DNA of 59,726 nucleotides, counting the filler. It is 4 parts of 4 records of this genome, joined end to end, with 100 filler letters (N's around TTAATTAATTAA, not from the genome) between each part and the next. Parts side by side here need not be neighbours in the genome. Positions count along the whole stretch, not along the records: positions 1 to 26,631 come from SRR31156797_194; 3 more parts are not named here. One strand, 5' to 3'. The stretch's first letter is position 1. Each line of letters starts with the position of its first letter. This document shows, one piece after another, positions 10,561-20,385 of the stretch. The position numbers and the translations under genes were made by a program. A model generated the notes under the pieces. It made no database searches and was not told the origin of the DNA. It saw only the letters and a list, made by a program, of their open reading frames with translations.

Positions 10561-11325
10561 TCAGGGCTGCCAATTGTCATATGGTTTATCAATGGGCGAC
10601 ATGATCTTGTCAAAAGAGCCGTCGGCGCGCATTTTTTCAATGGTTTCCGTAAGAAAAACGTCCGTTGCCTTTCCCTTTTCCCCCTTGGGCAATATGATTT
10701 TTACGTCAAAAACCTTGTACAGCTCCCGTTGAATGTTTTTCATCCCTTCCTTCTTGACAATGGGGTCAGAGGCGAAATCCGCAAAGATGAACCCGTCGAT
10801 TCTCCCCGCATTCACTTTCTTGAGACTGCTGTCGATTCGGGTGGAACCCTTGATGGGGAAATCAAAATATTTGATATGTGCAAGGTCGGTTTCGATCCGG
10901 TAATCTTTCATCTTACTCTTGTCGATGGGTTTGTTCTTGTTGGTGTAAAGAACAAAACTCACATGAAAAATCGTTTCTTTTGAATTTGCATAGTTCAACT
11001 TGGTTTCGTCGACATTTTCAGGCTTAATGAGGGGCATGTGAAAATCCGCTTTGCCGTCCATGACATCATGCATTGACTTGTTAAAGGGGACCACCTGGAT
11101 TTCGATATCCTTGCCCGATGTCCGGGCCATGGTTTTGACCAGATCCACAAGGATGCCCTTATCCGCGGTTTCCGCGTAAACGGGCATTTTCGCCAGGCTT
11201 GCCTTCATGTCCGAAGCTCCCACGGGCAACGCCAGGAGCATCACGGATGCGATTGTTACGGTCACCATGGCCATCAGTTTTCCGAAACGGATCCGTCGAG
11301 AATTTCTCATAAACTTTCTTTTCAT
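10561..11325 (-). CDS. Periplasmic substrate-binding protein (SBP family 3-like)
   Basis: Signal peptide, GILVDLVK..., VPFNKSM, KKVNAGRIDGFIF and MRADGSFDKI. Start chosen just after the GGGAGG RBS at 11332-11337. Confidence 0.75.
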   Translation of the reverse strand: MKRKFMRNSRRIRFGKLMAMVTVTIASVMLLALPVGASDMKASLAKMPVYAETADKGILVDLVKTMARTSGKDIEIQVVPFNKSMHDVMDGKADFHMPLIKPENVDETKLNYANSKETIFHVSFVLYTNKNKPIDKSKMKDYRIETDLAHIKYFDFPIKGSTRIDSSLKKVNAGRIDGFIFADFASDPIVKKEGMKNIQRELYKVFDVKIILPKGEKGKATDVFLTETIEKMRADGSFDKIMSPIDKPYDNWQP

Positions 11326-11365
11326 CATCATCCTCCCTATATTATGGGTTAACATATTCCAGGTA

Positions 11366-12967
11366 TCATCCTTTTTGCGCCGAGGGTTCTGGCGCTGCAA
11401 TTGCCATTGCGGAATTCACCCTTTCTGCCTCCTCCGAATACTCATCTTCCGTGAAATGCCTCTTGTCAGTTTTGGCGACGCCTTTTCCCGTTCCCCCCAC
11501 GATAGCCGCAAGATTACCCACGAAGGCCTGCATTTCTTCAGCCTGGGCGCTCATTTCCTCGGAGGCGGAAGCGGATTCTTCGGCACCGGCCGCACTGCTT
11601 TGGGTGACCCTTTCCATTTCCGTGACGGACAAATTGACCTGTTCAATGCCCTGGGCCTGCTCCCGGGATGCGGCTGCGATTTCTCCCACCAACACAGTGA
11701 CCCTCTCGGCAATGGAACTGTTCTGGTCCATGACCTCTACCATCTTGGCGTTTAGATGGCTGGTCTCCTCAATTTTCGCACCCGAATTTTCGATGAGTTC
11801 GCTGGTGGTTTTCGCGGCTTCGGCCGCTCTCATGGCCAGGTTTCTGACTTCGTCCGCCACCACGGCAAATCCGGCACCCGCTTCCCCGGCCCGTGCCGCC
11901 TCCACCGCTGCATTGAGTGCCAGCAGATTGGTCTGGAATGCGATCTCATCGATGGTCTTGATGATTTTGACCGTTTCCCGGCTTGATTCCACGGTGGATG
12001 CAATGGCCGTTTTCATCTCATCCATCTGAGCTTTGATTTTATGGAAGTTTTCCGATGATTCCTCCGTCATGATTTTATTGACTTGGGACGCATTGGTGGC
12101 GTTCTGCTGCGTCATGCTGGAAATCTCTTCCAAGGTTGCACTCGTCTCCTCAATGCCAGCGGCCTGTTCGGAGGCCCCTTGGGCCATGTCCTGACTGAAA
12201 GAAGAAACTTGAGTGGAGGCCGCGGCCACCTGTTCAGCGGCCTCCTGCAGCCCTTTGATGATGCGATTCAGGGGCCTAATGGCAATGACCCGGAGACACA
12301 AGATGATGGTAATGACCAGTGCCAGGACCACTCCGAGGGTGACACCGATCTGGCCGACCAGGGCGTCGCGAAAGCTTTTGTCCCCTGTGGTCCGGAAGGC
12401 GGTGATCTCCTTTTTCATCTTTTCTTTGCTCTTTAGAATCTGTCTGTTGAGCAAAGCGTCCGTGAAAAAAATGCGCACCTTTCCCATTTTTTCTTTTTCG
12501 AAAACTGAATCCGCGCCCCACGCCAGATCCTTATTTAACTTCAAATCGTTTGGCAAGTCCTTGCCTGCTTTAATTTCCGGTGCTTTCCAGATTGCCAAAA
12601 ACGGTTTCTCTTTATTGTCCACGACCCTTATGGCGCGGATAGAGGGCAGCTTCATATAGGGCGACAGTGCCTTGGCAAGGCCGTCTTCGTCGAAATTGAA
12701 AAGAAAATTTGAGGCGATTCCGCCGCATATCTCGGCGTTCACTTTCATGTTTTCGCTCAGGCCCGCTTTCTGGTTTTTGGCCTGTTCATCAATGTTGGTT
12801 GTTACACTTTGGACATGCTTACCGATCAGGTAGTCCACCAATCCCGATTCGAGTTTGAGGAATATGATGCTGCTGATCGACAGCAAAATGAGGACCGTCA
12901 AACCGCTGATGATTGAAGTTCTGAAGGATATGCCGAAACGTGATTGCTTCTTGGTTTTGCCCCCCAT
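11366..12967 (-). CDS. Methyl-accepting chemotaxis protein
   Basis: Two TM helices flanking a periplasmic domain; [40 protein letters not shown] signalling hairpin; GGAGG RBS before ATG 12967. Confidence 0.95.
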   Translation of the reverse strand: MGGKTKKQSRFGISFRTSIISGLTVLILLSISSIIFLKLESGLVDYLIGKHVQSVTTNIDEQAKNQKAGLSENMKVNAEICGGIASNFLFNFDEDGLAKALSPYMKLPSIRAIRVVDNKEKPFLAIWKAPEIKAGKDLPNDLKLNKDLAWGADSVFEKEKMGKVRIFFTDALLNRQILKSKEKMKKEITAFRTTGDKSFRDALVGQIGVTLGVVLALVITIILCLRVIAIRPLNRIIKGLQEAAEQVAAASTQVSSFSQDMAQGASEQAAGIEETSATLEEISSMTQQNATNASQVNKIMTEESSENFHKIKAQMDEMKTAIASTVESSRETVKIIKTIDEIAFQTNLLALNAAVEAARAGEAGAGFAVVADEVRNLAMRAAEAAKTTSELIENSGAKIEETSHLNAKMVEVMDQNSSIAERVTVLVGEIAAASREQAQGIEQVNLSVTEMERVTQSSAAGAEESASASEEMSAQAEEMQAFVGNLAAIVGGTGKGVAKTDKRHFTEDEYSEEAERVNSAMAIAAPEPSAQKG

Positions 12968-13494
12968 ATGGTGACCTCCGTTCAAACTTTTCCAGGGTTT
13001 ACCTAAAAAAATACCGTTTCAATTGTTCCCGGAAATCCTTGCATTATCACCCTTATGCCCCCTTCATCCCTTCCCGGGATTGGGCTTTCAATTGAAATTG
13101 TCCATCGTCCATTTGAGAGTTGATACAGCTCCACGGAGGGTTTCGGCCTCAGGACTCATTTCATGCGGATTTCCTCTGGTTTTTATCCATTTCAGGTTGG
13201 AAAAACGTGTTATACTTTTGGGTCTGTACGGTATGCAATAATGGTACCGATTCTTTGAACATCATCCCCTTGAAAAAGGCATGGACTTCAAAAAAAATCG
13301 TTATGACGGATAGTTATGCCTATCATTTATGTCGTGGCGGGTGAAAAGGCGCATGGTAATAATGGAAAACACCATCGGTTATTGTGATATTGACACCGAA
13401 TACCGTCAGGGCGTTGACGGACTTTAAAAAAATAGGGGGCATCAATGAAGTCGCAGGGGACTAATGATCCTGAGAATCCGATGGATGGGGCGGG

Positions 13495-14817
13495 TCAAGA
13501 TACGAAGATCAGCGATATCTGAGGGAAGGTCAACAAAAGGGCCACCAGGATGAGCATCATCAAAACATAGGGCAGGGAACCGATGAAGATGTCGGTTACG
13601 CTGATGCTCTGGTCATCCAGCAGGGATTGCACCACAAAAACCGCCATGCCCAAGGGCGGCGTGAGCAGGCCCACCTCAATGGTCAACAGGGTCAATATGC
13701 CCCACCACACGAAATTTATGCCGAAGCCCTGCATGATCGGGTAGAGCAGGGGAACGATGATCATCATGATGGAGGCGGAATCGAGGATCATGCCCATCAT
13801 CAGGATGATGAACAGATAGAGGACCATGACCGAATACATGCCCATGCCCGATTCGCTGATGAGGTTTCCCATGAAGCCGGAAAGTCCGGACAGGGCCAGC
13901 ATGCGGCCGAACAGGTTGGCGGCGATGAACAGAAACAGGATGGTCACCGTAACGTTGCCCGTTTCCAGGAGTACCTGCCAAAACTTGCGCCAGGTGAGCT
14001 GCCTTTTGCAAAGGGTGATGACCAAGGCGCCCAGGGCCCCGGCGGCGCCGGATTCGGTGGGGGTAAACCAGCCGGAGTAAATGCCGCCCAATACCAGGGC
14101 GATCAGGGCCAGGATGGGCGCCAGTTTGTAGAGGGCCCGGCCCATTGAAAGCGGTGCGCCCAGGGCCTCCTGCATCTCTTTTTTGGAGGGATCCCCCGCA
14201 AAACCCCGGAAGCGGTGGGCCATGATCATGATGCCCAGGCAGTACATGGCCGACAACAGGATGCCCGGGCCGATGCCGCCCATGAACAGGTCTCCGATGG
14301 AGGTCTCGGTCAGCACCCCGAAGAGGATCAAGAGGAGGCTGGGAGGGATCAACATGCCCAGCACGGAGGAGCCGGTGACAACCCCCACCGCAAAGGGCGG
14401 TTTGTAGCCGAGACGGATCATTTCCGGCACCGCCACTTTGCTGAAGACCGCGGCCGAGGCGATGGAGACACCGGTCACCGCCGCGAAAATGGCGTTGGCC
14501 ACCACCGTGGCGATGCCCAGGCCGCCCCGGATGCCCCTGAAGAGGCGGTTGGCCACATCAAAGGTGTCCTTGCCGGCGCCGGAAACGGATACCAGCATTC
14601 CCATGAGCACGAATAGGGGGATGACGCCGTAGACGTAGCCGTTTACACTGTCGGCCGCGGACTGGGCCAACAGGATGCCGGCGATATGGAAGCTCCCCTT
14701 GATATAGGAAACCCCCAGAAAGGACAAGAGCAACAGGGAGAAGGCGACGGGCATGCCCACGGAAATGAGGAACACGATGCCCAATATGGCCATGGCGGCT
14801 ACCTGCAGATCGCTCAT
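13495..14817 (-). CDS. dctM: TRAP transporter large permease (DctM family)
   Basis: IPLFVLMG, LGMLIPPS, GIYSGWFTPTESGA and EVGLLTPPLG motifs. ATG 14817 overlaps the upstream stop (ATGA). Confidence 0.92.
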   Translation of the reverse strand: MSDLQVAAMAILGIVFLISVGMPVAFSLLLLSFLGVSYIKGSFHIAGILLAQSAADSVNGYVYGVIPLFVLMGMLVSVSGAGKDTFDVANRLFRGIRGGLGIATVVANAIFAAVTGVSIASAAVFSKVAVPEMIRLGYKPPFAVGVVTGSSVLGMLIPPSLLLILFGVLTETSIGDLFMGGIGPGILLSAMYCLGIMIMAHRFRGFAGDPSKKEMQEALGAPLSMGRALYKLAPILALIALVLGGIYSGWFTPTESGAAGALGALVITLCKRQLTWRKFWQVLLETGNVTVTILFLFIAANLFGRMLALSGLSGFMGNLISESGMGMYSVMVLYLFIILMMGMILDSASIMMIIVPLLYPIMQGFGINFVWWGILTLLTIEVGLLTPPLGMAVFVVQSLLDDQSISVTDIFIGSLPYVLMMLILVALLLTFPQISLIFVS

Positions 14818-15392
14818 GGCGCCTCGCATACTGCCGGTGAATCGGCGTCTTTACATTTTTTGATGAAGCCCCAGCAATTGAGCAGGCACTGAAGGGCGGC
14901 CACAATGCACCCGATGACGATGATGAGCTTCACCGGCCAGACCGGGGCCGTGAAGCCGCCGGCGGATCCCTCGTACTCGCCGATGTTCCAGGCATGGATG
15001 AAGGTCGGGTAGGTGTAGAATAGCAGAATGGTTAAGATCACGGCGCCCGCCAGATTATAGATGGCTTCCAGGATGAACCGGAGGCGGGGGTATTTTTTCA
15101 GCCTGCCCATGATGATGTCCGAGCGGGTCAGACGTCCCATCCTCAGGGCATGGGCCAGCTGCAGAAACACGCAGGCCACGATGCTCATGCCCACGATCTC
15201 GGTCACCCCCGGCACCGGTGCGTCGAAGGCGGTGCGTCTGATAATGTCCGAGTTGATCAGCACCAACAGCACGAATATCCAGCAGGTGCCCATGCTGTTC
15301 ATCACGGCCACCAGCCGACCGAAGGAGAACCGGCGTCGGCTGCTCTCTTCCCCCGCCGGTTTTCCCGGGTTGCCGCCGTTCACGTGGCCCAT
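14814..15392 (-). CDS. dctQ: TRAP transporter small permease (DctQ family)
   Basis: Four TM segments with DIIRR...PVPGVTEI and PVWPVK; lies between dctP and dctM; AGGAG RBS before ATG 15392. Confidence 0.85.
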   Translation of the reverse strand: MGHVNGGNPGKPAGEESSRRRFSFGRLVAVMNSMGTCWIFVLLVLINSDIIRRTAFDAPVPGVTEIVGMSIVACVFLQLAHALRMGRLTRSDIIMGRLKKYPRLRFILEAIYNLAGAVILTILLFYTYPTFIHAWNIGEYEGSAGGFTAPVWPVKLIIVIGCIVAALQCLLNCWGFIKKCKDADSPAVCEAP

Positions 15393-15400
15393 GTTCTCCT

Positions 15401-16471
15401 TTACTCCTTGTCCCAATCCCGGACCAGCTTCACGTCTCGCGCCCGCAGGGCGTCCAGATAGGCCTTGACCACCTTCTTGCCGGGCAGCCCCTTGGCTTCC
15501 ATGGAGGCGGCCCATTCCATGGCCACGTTGGGCATCTTGTGGGCCCACTTGGCCCGCTCCTCGTCGGAGAAGGGGATGAAGTTGGCGCCGGCCTTCTTCA
15601 TGGTCTCGGCGGCGCCGGCGGCCTTGGCGGTCTGGCGGGCGGCAAAGGTTTTGTTGTAGTGCTTGCCCGCATCCCTGAATACTTGCTGAACCTCGGGCGG
15701 CAGGGAGTCGAAGAGATTCTTGTTGATGGCAAGACCCGCCGGGTATTGAGCGCCGAAGTTGATCAGGCTTATGTTGGGGGCGACTTCGTACAGGCGTATT
15801 CCGAGGCCCGCGGTGTTGAAGCCGATGATGCCGTCATACACCCCCAGCTGGATGTTGTTGTAGGTTTCGGGCAGGTTGGTGGCCACGCCCACGGCGCCCG
15901 TGCCTTTAAGCCATGTGGCCATGGGGCCGGCGGTGCCGATCTTCCTCCCCTTCACGTCGTCAACGCTCTTTATGGGGAATTTGGAAAAGAGATTGTAGGT
16001 GTCTATGGCGGAGCCCGCCAGGTTTACCGCGTTGTGTCGGGTCCATTCGTCCTTGACCTCCGGCACCTTTTCCAGTACTTCGCTCATGGCATCCAGCACA
16101 ATGGCGGGATCTCCACTGCCGAATGGCGTGAAAAAGGTGACGTTGTGCAGCGGCATCTTGGCCCCCTCGAAGACGCACCCCACGTTGGCCATCTCCACGA
16201 TGCCGGACTCCAACGCTTCCAGGCATCCGCCCAGCTTGCAGGCGGTGCCGCCGTAGGCCTCTTTCCATTGGATCTTGTGGCCCAGGGGTTTGAGATGCTC
16301 GTTCACATAAGGGATGAAAGCATCATGGATGGAGCTGATCCACAAGAATACCGGCGGGTGTCCGGCGGCCACGGTCACCTTCCAGGTCTTGGCGCCGGCG
16401 GGAGCGACCATCAGTGAACAGGTCAGCATGGCGGCTGCCAGAAAGATCAAAAATCTCTTGTAATGGTTCAT
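15401..16471 (-). CDS. dctP: TRAP transporter substrate-binding protein (DctP family)
   Basis: Signal peptide, YGGT, PIKSVDDVKGRKI, ETYNNIQLGVYDG and FDSLPPEVQ motifs. Confidence 0.9.
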   Translation of the reverse strand: MNHYKRFLIFLAAAMLTCSLMVAPAGAKTWKVTVAAGHPPVFLWISSIHDAFIPYVNEHLKPLGHKIQWKEAYGGTACKLGGCLEALESGIVEMANVGCVFEGAKMPLHNVTFFTPFGSGDPAIVLDAMSEVLEKVPEVKDEWTRHNAVNLAGSAIDTYNLFSKFPIKSVDDVKGRKIGTAGPMATWLKGTGAVGVATNLPETYNNIQLGVYDGIIGFNTAGLGIRLYEVAPNISLINFGAQYPAGLAINKNLFDSLPPEVQQVFRDAGKHYNKTFAARQTAKAAGAAETMKKAGANFIPFSDEERAKWAHKMPNVAMEWAASMEAKGLPGKKVVKAYLDALRARDVKLVRDWDKE

Positions 16472-16517
16472 CTGTTTTCTCCTTAATCTCTTTTAGGGTT
16501 TTTGGTTCATTATCTTT

Positions 16518-17348
16518 TCATAGGGTCTTAAGCAGACTGGGTTCGTGTCCGGGCACCACACGATCCTGCCCAGCCGTTCCGATAACGGCCCTGATCTTAT
16601 GGCAGCTGTCGTACCAATCATAATAGTTGTAGACAATGGAAGGCGGGATGAACCGGCCGTACACCTCAGGGGCGGGTGTGATGTCATGGGTTTTGTCGTT
16701 TAAGTCCACGAAGCGCGTCAGTTGAGAAAAACCGTTGAAATAATGATGCCATTGATCCCCCACCAGAACCCGAAGCCCCTTGTCCGTTTGGACTGCAACG
16801 GATTGACTCCCCGGGGTGTGCCCGGGCGTTTTGAAGAGCTTTATGCCGTCATCCAGTTCCAGGTCCCCGTCCACCAGGGTGCAGTCCAGGCTTTTCAGGT
16901 CGCTGATAATGTCCTGGTCATAGTCTTTCCGGATCCGCATGACCGGCAGGGGATCCAGAAGGGTTTTCCATTCATCCTTCTGGAAAATGAAGCGTGCGTT
17001 TTTAAAAAGGGTGTTGTTGCCGGCATGGTCGTTGTGCAGGTGGGTGAAGATCACGGTGTCTATGTCCTTGGGTTCCACGCCCGTCTTGGACAGGGAATCC
17101 AGCAGGTAATGGCCGCCGCCCTCTGCGGGGAGCCCTCCCCAGGCCTTGCCGTCCACAATGAACTTTTCCGAGATGCCGGTGTCCACCAGGATGGTCCGCC
17201 CGGCCCCCTGGAGAAGGAACGCCAGGTAAGGCGCGTCAAAAACAATATCCAGGTCCATGCCGGGGGTAACGGCGCTTTTGGGTACGGATATTTTTCCGCA
17301 GAAAAGTGCTTTCAGTTTCCAATGGGTCGTCATTACGGTTGTCCTCAT
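16518..17348 (-). CDS. N-acyl-homoserine-lactonase-like metallo-beta-lactamase-fold hydrolase
   Basis: LVDTG, THLHNDHAGN (HxHxDH), TPGHTPGSQ, VGD and C-terminal PGHE. Confidence 0.85.
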   Translation of the reverse strand: MRTTVMTTHWKLKALFCGKISVPKSAVTPGMDLDIVFDAPYLAFLLQGAGRTILVDTGISEKFIVDGKAWGGLPAEGGGHYLLDSLSKTGVEPKDIDTVIFTHLHNDHAGNNTLFKNARFIFQKDEWKTLLDPLPVMRIRKDYDQDIISDLKSLDCTLVDGDLELDDGIKLFKTPGHTPGSQSVAVQTDKGLRVLVGDQWHHYFNGFSQLTRFVDLNDKTHDITPAPEVYGRFIPPSIVYNYYDWYDSCHKIRAVIGTAGQDRVVPGHEPSLLKTL

Positions 17349-17366
17349 GTGAGTGATGTATGATAA

Positions 17367-17396
17367 CTTATAACCCTATCAATTTTACGCTGTCAA
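17367..17396 (-). promoter_or_regulatory. Sigma70-like promoter for the lactonase-TRAP operon
   Basis: Minus strand TTGACA (17396-17391), 18-nt spacer, TATAAG. Adjacent palindrome TTTTACGG-N5-CCGTAAAA at 17403-17423. Confidence 0.5.
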
Positions 17397-17428
17397 GAAA
17401 ATTTTTACGGTAAAGCCGTAAAATAGAA

Positions 17429-18037
17429 CTAGAAGCTCGGAGGGGTTCCCACCCCTATGGCGTGGCAGCTCTCGTCGCCCAGGACCCGGAAAAAAACCGG
17501 CATGCCGCTGGGATAATAAACCGAATCCCCTTCATGGAGCTGTACCACGGTATCCCCGATCTGGTACTCCACGCCGCCCTTCAAGACCAGAACGAACTTT
17601 TCGCCCGGCGGGTCCATGATGGGGTCCGGTCCCGAAGAGAACCCCGGTTCCCAGCGAAGGTAGAGTACTTCAATCAACCGTTTGAAATCAGGCGTCAAAA
17701 GCTCATACAGGTAGGGGGATCGACTGGGGTCCATGAGCTTTTTCCGTTGGTCGGCCCTGACCACCTTAACATCATTTACGTAGCCTGCGCCCGTAGCATC
17801 GGGATGGGTTTGCGTCCGGGCCGCCTCGGTGCGGCCGTTTTCTTCGTCTCCAAAATCAAAGGAGCTGAAGCCCATGGCCTGGGATATTTTTTTTAGGGAC
17901 GACATGGAGGGCTGGGCCAGGCCCCGCTCGATCTCGCTGAGCAGGCTTACCGAGAGTTTTGTCCTCTCGGACAACTGTTTTAACGTCATCATCCGCTTGC
18001 GGCGTTTGGCCCGCAGGGTTTTGCCGAAATTACTCAT
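17429..18037 (-). CDS. XRE-family HTH + cupin transcriptional regulator
   Basis: TLKQLSERTKLSVSLLSEIERGLAQPS HTH; GEKFVLVLKG...LHEGDSVYY cupin. Confidence 0.9.
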   Translation of the reverse strand: MSNFGKTLRAKRRKRMMTLKQLSERTKLSVSLLSEIERGLAQPSMSSLKKISQAMGFSSFDFGDEENGRTEAARTQTHPDATGAGYVNDVKVVRADQRKKLMDPSRSPYLYELLTPDFKRLIEVLYLRWEPGFSSGPDPIMDPPGEKFVLVLKGGVEYQIGDTVVQLHEGDSVYYPSGMPVFFRVLGDESCHAIGVGTPPSF

Positions 18038-18114
18038 CTTTAAGTACCTTATCCTGTTTAGGTCGTTTGCGTATCCCAAGTCGGGAGTCCATATGATTTC
18101 GGGGAATTCATAAA

Positions 18115-18200
18115 ATAATAGACGGAATTTCGATGCTTGTCAATAAATTCGATTTGGTCGTAATTATTTTCTTGACACCGGATCGAATATGGTTTGAAAT
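18115..18200. promoter_or_regulatory. Back-to-back sigma70 promoters (regulator and BKACE operon)
   Basis: Minus: TTGACA(18143-18138)-N17-TATTAT(18120-18115). Plus: TTGACA(18172-18177)-N17-TGAAAT(18195-18200). Confidence 0.6.
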
Positions 18201-18276
18201 ATTGCCTCCATGAAATGGTCGTTTGCGCCTGCTGAAATATTGCAGTGACGTTATGCTTAAAAATTGGAGGGTAATC

Positions 18277-19146
18277 TTGGAAAAACTGATCATAACCAAC
18301 GCGGTGACGGGGTCTCTGACAACCCGTCAACAAAACCCCAACGTGCCGTACACCCCCCGGGAGATCGCCCGGGAGGCCATCGCCAGCTGGAAGGCCGGGG
18401 CCGGTGTTGTCCATCTGCACACCCGGGATCCGGAAACCGGCAAGGCCGTTCAGGACGCGGAACTGTATAAGGAAATCATCAAGATCATCCGGAATGAATG
18501 TGATGTCATCGTCAACGTCACCACCGGCGGGGGGCCGGGGATGTCGCTGGAGACCCGGCTGGCCGTGATCCCCGAGCTGTCGGCCGATCCGGCCCTTAAG
18601 CCGGAGATGGCCTCTCTCAATTGCGGATCCCTGAACTTCGGCATCCTTAACCGCAAAAAAAGGGAGTTCATCCTGGACGATGTGCAGATGAATCCCTGGG
18701 GCCATCTCCTGAAGTTCGCCGATACCATGCTGGAATACGGGGTGAAGCCGGAGCTGGAAATTTACGACGCCGGCATGTTGAACAATGTGGAGGTGCTCCT
18801 GTCCCTTGACGCCCTGAAACGTCCCCTGCACTACCAGTTCGTGCTGGGGGTCATGGGCGGGATGCAGCCCACGGTGGACAACCTGGTCTTTTTGAAAAAT
18901 TCCATCCTGCCGAACGCCACCTGGTCCCTTTGCGCACTGGGTCTGAAAAGTTATGAATTGGGCCCCACGGCCATGGGGGCCGGTGGAAACATCCGGGTGG
19001 GTTTTGAAGATTGTGTTCACATCTCCCGGGGGGTGTCGGCTGACAGCAATGCTCAGATGGTGGCCAAGGTGAAAAGGATGTCGGAGGAAATGGGGCGGGA
19101 AGTGGCCACGCCCCAGGAGGCCCGAAATATACTCAACCTGTCGTAA
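18277..19146 (+). CDS. Beta-keto acid cleavage enzyme (BKACE/Kce, DUF849 family)
   Basis: KLIITNAVTGS, NPNVPYTPREIA, VHLHTRDPETG, ASLNCGSLNF, KPELEIYD, GNIRVGFED and REVATPQEAR. TTG start after GGAGG. Confidence 0.92.
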   Translation: MEKLIITNAVTGSLTTRQQNPNVPYTPREIAREAIASWKAGAGVVHLHTRDPETGKAVQDAELYKEIIKIIRNECDVIVNVTTGGGPGMSLETRLAVIPELSADPALKPEMASLNCGSLNFGILNRKKREFILDDVQMNPWGHLLKFADTMLEYGVKPELEIYDAGMLNNVEVLLSLDALKRPLHYQFVLGVMGGMQPTVDNLVFLKNSILPNATWSLCALGLKSYELGPTAMGAGGNIRVGFEDCVHISRGVSADSNAQMVAKVKRMSEEMGREVATPQEARNILNLS

Positions 19147-19213
19147 TTCCAATAACCCCGGCGCGGCTTGGCTGACGCTTTAACACGAAGATTAGGAACG
19201 GAGGCCTAAAAAA

Positions 19214-20335
19214 ATGGCGTATGAGCAGTTCGTACCCCTGCCCAACCTTAATTTTCAAATCAACCGGGTGCTGAGCAATGGGCCTGAGGGCTGCCGGGAA
19301 GAGGAGCTCTGGGAGATCGCCCCGCACCTGATTCAGTTCAACGGCCATGTCTGGTATCAGCAGTGGCATAAGCTTGCGCAAAGGGCCGAGTCTCAGGGCC
19401 GATTCATGCATGCCGCCTACTGCCACCGCATGTCCGAATTTTTTTTGCCGGACCGGGATCCCGAAAAAAACACCAGCTATGAGGCCTTCGAGCGGTGCTT
19501 TTATGAGGCGGTGGGAAAGGATTCCCTTGAAAGGGCGGAGGCTCCCTATGAAGGCGGCGTCCTTCCGGTCCTGAGGATGAAAGCACCTCAAGAGAAAGGG
19601 GTGGTGGTGCTGCACGGAGGGTTCGACTCTTTCATGGAGGAGTTCTATCTCTCTTTACGGCGCCTGCCCCAATTGGGATATACGGTGATCGTCTTTGAAG
19701 GTCCCGGCCAGGGGCGGTCCCTGCGGCAGGGCCTGAAGATGGACCACCGGTGGGAAAAGCCGGTGGGCGCTATTCTGGATCACTTTGACCTGGACGGGGT
19801 GTGCCTCATCGGCATCAGCCTGGGCGGGTATCTGGCCCTCAGGGCCGCGGCTTACGAACCTCGCATCGCCCGGGTGGCGGCCTTTGACGTGGTCTGGGAC
19901 GCCCTGGACGCTTTTGCCCAAAAATTCCATCCGGATCTGTATGACATGGTGATTTCGAAAAAGGAAGGAGAGGTGAACGCCTTCATCGAAAAATTGCGCA
20001 AGACCAACGACATGGTTGACTGGATGGTCAACCACGGCATGTATATCATGGGCGGGCAAAGCCCTTTCGAATACCTGTACAAATTCTCCCGGTTCACCGC
20101 TCGCGGGATATCGCCTTTAATCCGGCAGGACGTGCTCCTGTTGGCCGGCGAGAACGATCACTTTGTGCCGTGGGAGTTCTATTATGAGCAGAAGCGGGCC
20201 CTGGTAAATGCCCGCTCAGTCAGGGGACGGCTTTTTCTGGAGGGTGAAGGCGGGGATCAGCACTGTCAGATAGGCAACCTGGACCTGGCCTGGAACGAGA
20301 TCATCACCTGGCTGGATCGTTTTTATACCCACTGA
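19214..20335 (+). CDS. Alpha/beta hydrolase (FrsA/DUF1100-like esterase or C-C hydrolase family)
   Basis: GGFDS, FEGPGQG, GISLGGY nucleophile elbow, GENDH and HCQIGN. Confidence 0.85.
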   Translation: MAYEQFVPLPNLNFQINRVLSNGPEGCREEELWEIAPHLIQFNGHVWYQQWHKLAQRAESQGRFMHAAYCHRMSEFFLPDRDPEKNTSYEAFERCFYEAVGKDSLERAEAPYEGGVLPVLRMKAPQEKGVVVLHGGFDSFMEEFYLSLRRLPQLGYTVIVFEGPGQGRSLRQGLKMDHRWEKPVGAILDHFDLDGVCLIGISLGGYLALRAAAYEPRIARVAAFDVVWDALDAFAQKFHPDLYDMVISKKEGEVNAFIEKLRKTNDMVDWMVNHGMYIMGGQSPFEYLYKFSRFTARGISPLIRQDVLLLAGENDHFVPWEFYYEQKRALVNARSVRGRLFLEGEGGDQHCQIGNLDLAWNEIITWLDRFYTH

Positions 20336-20385
20336 TGTCCATGGATGGTGAAAAAACGTCGTTTCGCAGTGTATACAATCGGGTA

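Noticed and set aside
13139-13165. Minus-strand GAAATGAGTCCTGAGGCCGAAAC resembling a hammerhead ribozyme core
   Set aside because: The essential CUGA is replaced by GAAA, stem II is mismatched and I could not see stems I/III. An Infernal search against hammerhead models would settle it.
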